A stretch of DNA of 64,000 nt from Thalia democratica (Eukaryota): positions 33,170,001 through 33,234,000 of the forward strand of contig OZ241832.1 of NCBI GenBank assembly GCA_965202585.1, written 5' to 3'. The position numbers were made by a program, and so were the translations under genes. Below are positions 38,126-48,102 of this stretch, piece by piece. A model generated the notes under the pieces. The model was not told the DNA's origin and ran no database searches. It saw only the letters and a list, made by a program, of their open reading frames with translations. Each line of letters begins with the position of its first letter. Within the stretch, counting starts at the first letter, position 1.

Positions 38126-39590
38126 TCAAATAGATATTATACTTTTTTTTTCTTGCTCTTCATCTACGACTCCAGAATATCTAGTGTAAGTTTCAAATAT
38201 ACTATTAAAACACATAAGACCAAGGAAGTTGTTTTAAAACATTTGAAAAAATTATTTTAAAAGTTAGAGCTTAAATAAATTTTTAAAGTAATATTGTTGG
38301 AGTAATATCTTAAAATTAGTTACACTAAAGACTGTCTTTTTTTACATTTTTGTGGACTTATATTAACTTGCTGCTAAAAATTATATATGTTTCGCTACTT
38401 TAATAGTAACGTAATATTTTATCAGAAAAGATTAAAAACGCTTTAGCAAGTTTTATTACATAATTTTTCATGCATATATTAGTGCGAACGTTTTTTTTTC
38501 AATCTTAAAACTTAGACAAACTATCTGTTTTAATAACAATATATAAAAAAAAAAACAATTTTTTAACTTTACGAATTAACAATTCAAATATTAAAATTAA
38601 TTTTAGTTAGAATAGTTTGTGTTTGTAGTATTTAATAGCATAAGTAGGCTTGTTTAACCTCAAAAAAAAATTCTTCGGACTAACCTTGTGAAAAGTCTCT
38701 GAAACAAAGCCACTAGTTGTAAACTTTATACGAATTTGTAACAGGTGGTAAAAATAAGTTGTATTTAAAAAAAGTATTCCTCAAACTCTAGTCTGTAATA
38801 TACACTACTTAGGTTCAAAAAGTAGCCCTATAAACTTTTAAGTAACAAAATTAAATTGACATCTTGTTCTAATGTAATAATGTTTTCTAACTTATGGCTT
38901 CGTAAGACTTGTCTAAAAGTATGTAGAACTTAAAATATTACAATATAAAATATACAACCTGCGTTTAGTTGCAAACAAAGTTCTTATTTTCATTATGATA
39001 GTTTTACTAGAACTTAATGTTAACCGTTAAGTCGAATAGTTTTAATTTGTTATAAATAAATTTAATTAACGACGGACCGTGAAATTCTCTGTTTATAAAA
39101 TCCGGCTCGTTACTAATAAAAGCCTGCCGACTTGTAGTATAAATATTTTAAATATTTTTCTTTTCAAATGGTACATGAGAACTGTGTTAAAACTAAAATA
39201 CTAAGATTTATATAATTTAAGCTTCAAATATTCTTTTTTAATGTTTTGATTTTATCAATTAGTTTAAGTTTTTATATAATTAAATATTTTTTATTAATAT
39301 ATTATTTATATTTTTTTGCAAACTAATTTAGCTACGATTTTAAATAAAAATTGAAGAAACTTTCTTTTTATCAATGTTATTTAAGCTATAGATTTTTATA
39401 GCAACTGTTTAGAATTGCTGATATTTGTTTTATTTCTTCAAATTCAACTATACTAAAATCATATAAGTTCAAACGTATAACATTTTTAAAAGCAGTAAGT
39501 AATTACGAACTTGAAGTAAAAAAGATTCAAATATTTTTTGTTTTTAAAAAAGTGTATAAGTTAAAATCTTTATAATCGAGACTGATCACA

Positions 39591-39643
39591 CCAGATCACA
39601 ACAGCTCTAACCAGATCACAACAGCTCTAACCAGATCACAACA
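39591..39643 (+). repeat. 20-bp tandem repeat (CCAGATCACAACAGCTCTAA x ~2.6)
   Basis: Exact copies at 39591-39610 and 39611-39630, partial copy at 39631-39643, immediately upstream of the hammerhead. Confidence 0.95.
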
Positions 39644-39661
39644 ATGGTTTCTCGCGACTAC

Positions 39662-39712
39662 GCCTGCCTGATGAGTCCTAACAAGGAAACAAGGACGAAA
39701 CCGGTCGTAGGT
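39662..39712 (+). ncRNA. Minimal type I hammerhead ribozyme (Penelope-like element / retrozyme type)
   Basis: Stem I GCCTGC (39662-67) / GTAGGT (39707-12). Core CTGATGA at 39668-74. Stem II GTCCT/AGGAC with a 12-nt loop. GAAA at 39697-700. Palindromic loop-less stem III ACCGGT. GTC cleavage triplet, with cleavage predicted after C39706. Confidence 0.88.
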
Positions 39713-40638
39713 TTACGCGGATTAATCAAACATACTCAACAAAAAACAAACAGGATCAAACATATTTAAACGAAAAACCGTTGGCCGATAAAATGTTAAT
39801 CCCCGACAACGAGCTAAAAAATTTCAAGCTTGTTTACGCAGCAACACGAGCGGAATTTTAACAGTAATACTTACAAACACCATAACCACTAGGAGGCAGT
39901 TCTTTCATCTTTTCAACGGCAGTTCACACGTATATTCGGAAACCTTCGACGAAGTTCGTCACCTTCCTCACTTTCGATACATAAATGTAGATTTTATTTT
40001 TTCACAAAACGTAAAAGGAAATTTTCAATATATTTTTAAAGCATTGAAATAGTAATAAATTACTTTCAAGTATCTTCAAAATAACTTTTGAACTTTTTTT
40101 TTTTATTAGGTATCTGTAAAAAAAAAGTTTAAATGCGTCTTTAAAACTAATATTTATTAAAGTTTTAATGAGATTTGCCGCATTAACACAATTGTAAGCA
40201 CTCGGCAGCCTTTTATGAGTTATGGACCAAATTTTATAAAAGGTAGTAGACCAAGCAAGTATTTTTTAAAACATTTTCATTTTAATTTGGTTTTTACTAA
40301 TAAACAAACAATAAGCAAAATAAAAGTTTAGTTTTTGATTTTTTTTGTTTAACTAAAGGATATAGATAGAACAAACTAAAAATGTTGTACAGTATAGGTA
40401 AAAATATATTTTTAAATTTTTTAATTTCTATTTAACTCAATTAAGTTTGAACTCTACCTAATTTATTTTATTTTATATAGAATTTATTTAAATTTAAATA
40501 AATTAAACTGTGAAAATTTTCAACTGTTCAAAAGTGACGTCACACAAAAGTGGATACTCGTGCAAAAGTGACAACCAAGTTGTGGGGAAATGATCGGGTA
40601 GTAACTGTTTCTGGTGGATATTGTGCGGTTAGGAATTG

Positions 40639-43165
40639 CAGGGTTGCCACAGATTGAGCTGAAAATCATTCCTGACTTTTCCTAAATTATCTCATTCAAA
40701 TTCTTAATTAAAACCGACTCAAAAACCCATACACAAAGATTTGAATCTGTGTAAATTATTCATTCTTATTTTTATACAGGTTAAAATAAGTTCTTTTGCT
40801 GAATTAAATCATCCAACTTCCATTGCATTATTTACAACAAGTATCTTACAGTCTTCGTTGAAATTGAGCACCTTTTCTTTATTAACTAGGTCTTTTTTCT
40901 TTAAACTTGCAAGCATTTGGTTGCAGTACAACTAAGTTCAACGTTTTAGGGAAGTTCGATTATTTAAACCAAACTTTGATAACTATAGAAAGCTGAAGTT
41001 AGAAACCATTTCGCTTTTTATAATTATGCACAGCAATTTGATCATCAAGCACAAGGTGTCCTCATGCATAAAGACAACAATAGGCTTGGTACCCTGGTAC
41101 CATGTCAATAAAAGTTTTCATGAGAGATGCCACATAAATGAAAAATGTATCTTCCCTAGAGCAAGGTCATCAGCCACAGCATCCCAAACAATTCGGTAAC
41201 ATCTGCTGTCAGGACACTTGCTCTTTGGACCTGATTGCTAAACTTGCAAAAAAAAAATGTTCGGCCAAATTTTGATGGCCAAATGAGCCACTAACTTATT
41301 GTCGAGTCAACAAGTTTTACAAAAGGAATAAGGTAAACTTGCAACCAGTTATAGACTTATAAGCCGTTCTTCAGGTTTTCTTTGATGTCCTCAGAAGTGG
41401 TGTGACCCAAAATTTTGAAATAGAGTGTTGTGAAACCAATTGATTATTACACATGTACCAAGCCACAATGTCCATTCGGGCTTTATTAATAATGTCATTG
41501 TAGCGTTCATCAAGAGATACACTGTACCACCTTAATTTGTTTATTGCTTCCAGCAAAGTGTTTAGGAAATGCGGTCCCAGGTTCAAATTTATCATATATT
41601 ACAACTTGGTTCAAGCTGTGTTGCATAACTGTAGTGCAATGTCAGGATAAATCTTTTTGTTAAGCTCTGTCACTTTGTCACATGAATCGACAGAGTAGTT
41701 GTGCTTGACAGTATGTAAATCCTATAAGTTTTAAGCGGTTGCGGTTTGTGACTTGCCCAAAAAACTTATTGATGAGCCTATACTACTACCGCTGCTCTCA
41801 TAACTCACCTCATTTGAACTTGATCCAGCATTATAGAACTATAACTGTCTTCTGGTCTTTTGTTTCTATGTCCATCACCATTCGTTTGGACAGTAAGCGT
41901 CTTTCTTTTTATATTGGGCAGTGACAACGTATAATAACACCACTTGTATTTAAAATACTTTATATCTTCATATTCAATGGGCCTTTCAGAAGGGGTACAC
42001 TTTGTTAAACAAGTCGCTGATGGTGATAAAGTAATAAAGATAAAGTACAAAACTGTTTTCCGCATAAATACCCATTTTTGAAACATCTAGTAAAAAATTT
42101 AAAATTTTTTGGTATAAATTGGAAGCTTATCAAAAGTTAGAAATAATTAAAAAGAGAAACAATTAAAACCCTTAACTATGGTCAATATAACCTGTGAATA
42201 ATAATCTTATAGTACAAACCACTGATTTGTTTAAAGACAGTAAATTTAAATCAAATATTTAAATTAAAATAGAAAACAAAGGGAACTGTACCACTCTGAA
42301 AAAAATTATTGAAAATTTACAGAGAACTTCAACTGATGAGCTTGATATGCTTCATAATAAAATCAATAGAATAAAGTTAGTTAGAATAAACAACTAACTT
42401 TTTAAACACAAAAAGTTACATATAAAAGTTAGGTTTTTTTTCAACCCATCGCTGCTCTTATTGATTTTGAAAATTATAGTTTCATAGAACTGGCACATCA
42501 GTTTTCCCTAAGTTTTAATGATAAATGTTGTTAACAAATTTTTTTAGTGCCCCTTCAACCAGATTAACCTCAAAAATGCAATACATAAATAATAGCTTAA
42601 AATCTGCATTTTTTTACAAGTAGTTGTCTAAATTTTCCAATAAAAACAATTTGTTAGTAAAAAAAAATGTCCTGCCTACAGTAATTTTGAAAACTAAATA
42701 AAATCAAACTCTTTAGCAGCAAAATTTTATTAAAACAACCATCAAACAAACACTACTATTTAAGCCCAGTCAAATTAAAATTGAATATTTACAGGTATTT
42801 TTCTGTATCAAATTCTATTTAATGCTAAAACAAAAGTAGACATACATAAAACAACTCAACATTTTTAACAGCATGTAAGCTTAAATATTGTTATCACACA
42901 AAAAAATTTTGTGTTTGACATTGGATTTTTTTTCTCAACTTAAACTGTCCAGATAAGTTAAGTCCGGATATATGAGAAAATATAAAAAAAAAATCATTTA
43001 AGGTAGCTTTACATTATGTTTTTAACGTTGTTATACTACTTAACACAGTTTTTAACCTTAAACTTAAATTTAAACTGAAAATATACCCAAAATTCTGTAC
43101 TTTAAAAACCTGAAATATATTCAGAAAACCTAGAAGAATTTTATCAAAAACCAGTGGCAACCCTG
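40639..43165 (-). mobile_element. Decayed hAT-superfamily DNA transposon with transposase remnant
   Basis: TIR CAGGGTTGCCAC / GTGGCAACCCTG (the inverted match extends 5 bp into the flanks). The - strand at ~42090-40740 gives broken transposase-like segments: VKHNYSVDSCDKVTELNKKIYPDIA...TKL*YMINLNLGPHF, YSVSLDERYN...RMDIVAWY, and YRIVWDAVADDLALGKIHF...YQGTKPIVVFMHED. Confidence 0.75.
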
Positions 43166-43559
43166 CAATTGTGGAAAACAATGTATATTTGTTTAAATAT
43201 CATGGGCATTATGAGGAGTACAACATTTTCTTTACTAAATTAAAAATTGGTTCTTATATTACAGCTAAAAGTATAAGATACAAGTTTTTATAGAATAACA
43301 AATTAATTAGTTTTTAAGATATAAATGTATTTGTAAATATAAATTCTGAGACAAACCTATGGACCATAAATTGTATATTATCAATTTTCTAGGAAATTAA
43401 ATAATTACTAAAAATTCATCTTCTCCTTTATTTTTTGAGTTAGAGACTTTGAATTTTTAGGAAAAGTTCATTTTATAGTTTAAAAGACATTAAATGTTGA
43501 GATTTAATAAATATAAAAAAAGTTAAGTTTTAAATAAAAAACAAAAAAAAAAAGTGTTG

Positions 43560-45650
43560 TTGAAAAATTTCTGCTTTCAATCAATTTAAATATTAGTAAT
43601 GGACTTTCTGTAAAAATTTAAAGATAAAATTAAAAATGAAGAAGATAGATTTTTAGTGGTATAATCTTTTTTTTTTGTTTTTTGGTGTGTCTTTCAGTAG
43701 GAACCTTTTGAGCACACTGACTTTGATCGCTTATATCTTAAAAATTGATTTGAATTTTTTCAAGCTGTTAAAAAAGTCTGATAACTCAAATAAAGCTCTA
43801 CAAAATAAGAGTAACTTGTAAAAACAAGGTAGACTTTCCAATGCCCTTAAGTACTTTTGTTACTACTAAGATTTTTTAAGTATTCAAGTCTGATTAAAAG
43901 TAAATTATACAGTTATTGATTTTTGCTACTTTTTTTTAAATTTCTCACAAACTCAATCAGGCTTTTTTGCCTCAAAGAGTGGTAATCCTGTAAAAATAAT
44001 AGGCCAAACTTAAAAGGTAAAAAACTGTTTTTTAAATTAACTTAATAATATGTATGAAGTTAGCTTATAAACTTTCCAAAACTTAAGATATAGTTTACAA
44101 ATAATTGAAATATGTGTTTTAGTAAAACAAAAATCTAAGTTTAAAAAAAAAACTCATCAAAAACATGGTTATAACAAAACAGACAAATGAAAGTAAAAAC
44201 AATAAAATATAGTAAACAAAAACAAATTAAACATTATTCTTTCTTTATTACACTAACTAACTTTGTTGGAGCTATGAAAATCAACTAATTGTTTAATTAG
44301 TTATTATTGTATATTCCAGTGAACTTGTTTTCTTAGATCTTTGTAAACAAACGCTTAAATCTATATTTTTGATAACTCAATCCACATGTTAACTCCTTCA
44401 GCAGCAACTTGCTCTATATGTCCTCTGATGCTCTCATCTGCTGCACACAACTTTTTCTGTGGTTTTTTAAGCAAAGACCTTTTCAATGACCCTAAATTTA
44501 TATTTTGTTAGCAACAAATCTCAGTTTCCAACATTTTCCATTGAGATAGGCAATGAAGATGCCACAAATCTTTGCTCCAAAATAGCAAAAGTTTTGTCTG
44601 CACTGGGTTTTGTTGTAGTTGTGAATACCGTCCTGTTTTAAGGGGAAATCATTACCTTTGAAGTGCTCTGTCATATTATGCATGGTCCAAAATGTTGTTG
44701 ATGTTCAAACCTGTGTTTGATTAAAGTGAAGTTATTTCAAAGTTTTTGTCACTGTTACCAAACAATTACAGATGCTAGCTTCTGGTAGCAATAAACCGTT
44801 AACATATGTTCAGAAACCTCCTCTTTGAAAAATATGTTTACCAGAAATCAGCATACCAGAAAACCAGGTCTATTTTGTTGTTAAAATACAGTAAGATGCT
44901 GACTCTCAAGTGTTTTAAAAGGAGAAAGCTTGAGAACAGTTTTTATTGAATTTGGATCAGTTTTATGATTGTTATGCTTTTTTTTATCAAAGAAAACATC
45001 AGTAAAAGTCTATAGAAATACAAAGCCTGGACTTTCTTGTGCGATGAGACAAGCTTGTGGTCAGATGAGCAAAGTGGTATAATCTTTTGTTACCTTTTTT
45101 TTTCATGTAGCTATTGGGTCCTCTATCTAATTTGGAGTTGCTTTTTATACAATGTTAACAAGGGTGTACAATTTTGAGAAAATATTTGGTGTAGCCAAGA
45201 TTTTTGTCCCACACCATATTGTAAAGTGTTGATTTTGGTAATTATATTTTATTTATTCACTTTGATATGTGATTCAATACACAAAGCATAGTTTCCACTT
45301 AAATTAACTCAAACTGTTTTTTTTTGGTTAAAGTCATATGGGGGGGGGGGGGGGGGTAAAACACTTTTTTTTTACAAGAATGAACTTTAGCTTTTATATT
45401 AAAGCTTTAAATATAAACTACAAGTCAGTTTTTTTAGAATTCAAAGATATCATTTATATTTTGAGATATTTTTTTTTTGTAAAAAGTTTCCGATACAAAC
45501 GTGTGGACCACAAGTTTTACGGTGTCAATTTTCTCGGAAATTTGAAAATTCACTAAAAATCTATCTCCTCCTTCATTTTTCAAGCAATCTTCTCAAATTT
45601 TCAGGAAATGTGCCTAATATTAAAACAAATAAACGTTACTTATGAATTTA
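43560..45650. mobile_element. Probable decayed DNA element with inverted subterminal repeats and a coding-like core
   Basis: AGATAGATTTTTAGTG (~43623-43638) is the exact reverse complement of CACTAAAAATCTATCT (~45551-45566), inside ~70 bp of looser inverted similarity. They enclose broken reading frames at 44340-45130. Ends and family were not resolved. Confidence 0.4.
45340..45356 (+). repeat. Poly-G tract (17 G)
   Basis: Direct read; a second G run lies at ~5200-5212. Confidence 0.95.
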
Positions 45651-46058
45651 AATAAAAAAAAAATTATCACAAAAATTAAAAAAAAAGTGTTTTTTTTTCA
45701 AAAAATAAATTTAAACAAAAAATTGTGATGAGTTATTTTTTTTAAACTTAAAGAAAAACTTTAATGAGTTATTAATGTATACATGTCAATTTAAATACCT
45801 CATATTTTTCTATTTCAAAGTTTGTTATAAAATAAAGTTTTATAGTTATTCAATAACTCTTTTTTTAATTGCTTAAACTAGGTTAAAAATTTAAAGATAA
45901 ACTTTGCATTTGTAAATTAATTTCAGTTTAACAATGTTTTATGAAAAATATCATTAGTATCCCTGATCAATTGTTTATTTTATCTGGTATTATAGTAAAG
46001 TTATTATTGTATTGCAGATTTTTGTAAGTTTATAACTCTCATTAAATAAAACTTTCTG

Positions 46059-47681
46059 ATGAGGAAAGATGAGAATAAAACACCTCTTTCTTTTGTGGAA
46101 AGAATCTCACACCTTTCACACAAAAGCTTGCTTCAAAAACTGTTTCTTTTAAAAGTCTTAAACATCTTCTTGGTACAAACATGGTTTGTGCCTGATGAGT
46201 ACTGGCAATCGTTAGAAGTGGCCCACCGCATGGTCTTTGGCTACGGGCACTTGACCTGGGAATGGAAAGTCGGGTTGCGCTCGTACCTTTACACCTTGCT
46301 GTTTGCTTTTCCCTTCAAACTTCTGCAGGTGCTGGGACTCGACAGCTTGTTTCTGCTCAAGTTTGTGCCGAGGCTCATACAAGGCGGCCTGTCTGCCCTT
46401 TCAGAGTTCTTGTTTTACTTAACTGTGAAGAACTTGTTTGGAGCCACTACAGCCGCTTACTCTCTGTTTTGCTTTGTCACCAGCTGGTTTTGGTGGTACT
46501 GCTCAACTAGAACCTTGATAAACACTTTTGAAACGAACATTGTATGTATTGCTTTGTATTTTTACTCAAAACATGCCTTGCCATTAAAAAAAGTTACCGT
46601 TAGAAAAACTGGTAAAAAATTGTTAAGTAAGCATTTTAACATTGTTATAATAGATGCTGTTGTTGGTTTTTATGTGAGGCCTACTAGTGCTTCAGTTTGG
46701 CTTCCTTTATTTAGCATTTATTTGTTACAAATTTACAAAAACTACAGTTTTACATTGTGCTTAAAAGTCACGCTTCAAATTTTGACAAAGGCACTTGTTG
46801 TCTTTGCCTTTTTAGCTGTTGTTGACCGGGTTTGCTACGGCGAATGGGTGAGTGTGCATTTAAACTTTTTGTTTTTCAATTTTATTGACAACAAAGGAAC
46901 TTTTTATGGGGAGCATCCATGGCACTGGTACTTCACTCAAGGGCTGCCTGTCGTGTTTTCCTTCCACCTTTTGTTTTGCATTTACGGTTTGTGGCTCTAT
47001 GAAAGGAACGTAGAAAATGAAACTAAGAGCAATGCTGTTCAGCAACATTTTCTTCTCATATTTAAAAGCTCAATAGCCACCACGCTTTTACTCTACAGCA
47101 TTCCTGGCCACAAAGAGTTTAGATTTATTCTAGTACTGATGCCCTTTGTTTCATTCTACAGTGGCCATGCAATTTCAAGCTTGAAGAAAAAGTACTCAAA
47201 GTTGTGTTTCTTGTTAGTTTCGAACACCTTAGCTGCACTTTACATTGGCTTGGAGCATCAAAGAGCCCCGCTGATGCTCCTTGACCAGTTGCACGAGCTC
47301 AAACCGAAGCCTTACGAGCAAACTCTGTTTCTCATGCCCTGCCACTCAACGCCGTTTTACAGCCACTTGCATCTGCCGACCAGGCTGAAGTTCATCACGT
47401 GCGAACCGGACTTGGAAAACAGAGCCGGCTACAAAGACGAGTCTGTTTTGTTTTATGAAGACCCGAACAAGTGGCTCGAGAATGAGTACAAGTCAGGCTT
47501 TGATAACTGCAGTGCTGTTGGTTTGCCAAACTATATTGTACTGTATGATGTGTTGTACGATAGACTTTATGAAACTTTTTCTACTTGTTATTTTGAGTGT
47601 TACAGAACATTTCACACCCATTTTTCAGAAGGAAGAGTTGGTAAAAATGCTTTAATTTTATGTAAAAATAAGTTTCATTAA
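46059..47681 (+). CDS. PIGB: GPI mannosyltransferase 3 (Glyco_transf_22), 540 aa, single coding exon
   Basis: Uninterrupted ORF with PIGB/Gpi10 motifs: TWFVPDEYWQSLEVAHRMVFGYGHLTWEW, RTLINTFET, HPWHWYFTQGLP, HKEFRF, FLMPCHSTPFYSHLH, FITCEP. Confidence 0.96.
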   Translation: MRKDENKTPLSFVERISHLSHKSLLQKLFLLKVLNIFLVQTWFVPDEYWQSLEVAHRMVFGYGHLTWEWKVGLRSYLYTLLFAFPFKLLQVLGLDSLFLLKFVPRLIQGGLSALSEFLFYLTVKNLFGATTAAYSLFCFVTSWFWWYCSTRTLINTFETNIVCIALYFYSKHALPLKKVTVRKTGKKLLSKHFNIVIIDAVVGFYVRPTSASVWLPLFSIYLLQIYKNYSFTLCLKVTLQILTKALVVFAFLAVVDRVCYGEWVSVHLNFLFFNFIDNKGTFYGEHPWHWYFTQGLPVVFSFHLLFCIYGLWLYERNVENETKSNAVQQHFLLIFKSSIATTLLLYSIPGHKEFRFILVLMPFVSFYSGHAISSLKKKYSKLCFLLVSNTLAALYIGLEHQRAPLMLLDQLHELKPKPYEQTLFLMPCHSTPFYSHLHLPTRLKFITCEPDLENRAGYKDESVLFYEDPNKWLENEYKSGFDNCSAVGLPNYIVLYDVLYDRLYETFSTCYFECYRTFHTHFSEGRVGKNALILCKNKFH

Positions 47682-48102
47682 ACTATCTTTTTAAATATTA
47701 GCTGCTAAACTTAGTCAAGAAAATAATTTTATCTGCTTTTGTTTAAAAGTAACTCACACTTATTTTTTATTTTAGAACAATTTTATCTTTGTTAAAATAC
47801 AATTTGATGTCTTGTAATGCTATCTTGACCTATAAACTTTTTAGAATTTTTTGTTAGGATAATAAATTATATACATTGTGAGCCATTTTAGTGGTTTTAT
47901 TTCTTACATTTTTTGTCCCTTTTATTGTCTTATTATAACCTGATTTGTTGCAAAGATGCTGTTTGTGTTTTTTTTTTCATACTTACTCATACTTTGTTAA
48001 CTTCAATTTTTTTAACAACCAAACAACTTACTATTATTTTGTAAATTGATATTTTTTACAAAGAACTTTACTCTTAATCCAGTTTTAATTTATTTTGTGC
48101 AA

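Larger units (their letters stand above)
28500..39560. repeat. Tandem array of ~1.65-kb units (6 recognisable plus 1 degenerate) with three conserved blocks per unit
   Basis: Block A anchor AGTGGTCAAACTA at 29049, 30674, 32353, 34014, 35672 and 37322 (spacings 1625, 1679, 1661, 1658, 1650). Block B anchor AAATCCGGCTCGTT at 29315, 31007, 32682, 34347, 36005, 37656 and 39098. Block C GATAAG|GTA with GT at 29973, 31645, 33300, 34963 and 36618. Confidence 0.95.

Noticed and set aside
28500-39560. Array as CRISPR, rDNA/5S or histone repeat, or a coding tandem repeat
   Set aside because: Eukaryotic context, 1.65-kb homologous units without unique spacers, no rRNA, tRNA or histone sequence recognisable, and ORFs are short AT-rich noise.
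46192-46198. CTGATGA as a second hammerhead core (also GTGATGAGCTCGAAAC at 8373 and CTGATGAG at ~42333)
   Set aside because: 46192 is PIGB coding sequence (PDE) with no stem II or GAAA. 8373 lacks the C3 base and stems I/III. 42333 has no GAAA.
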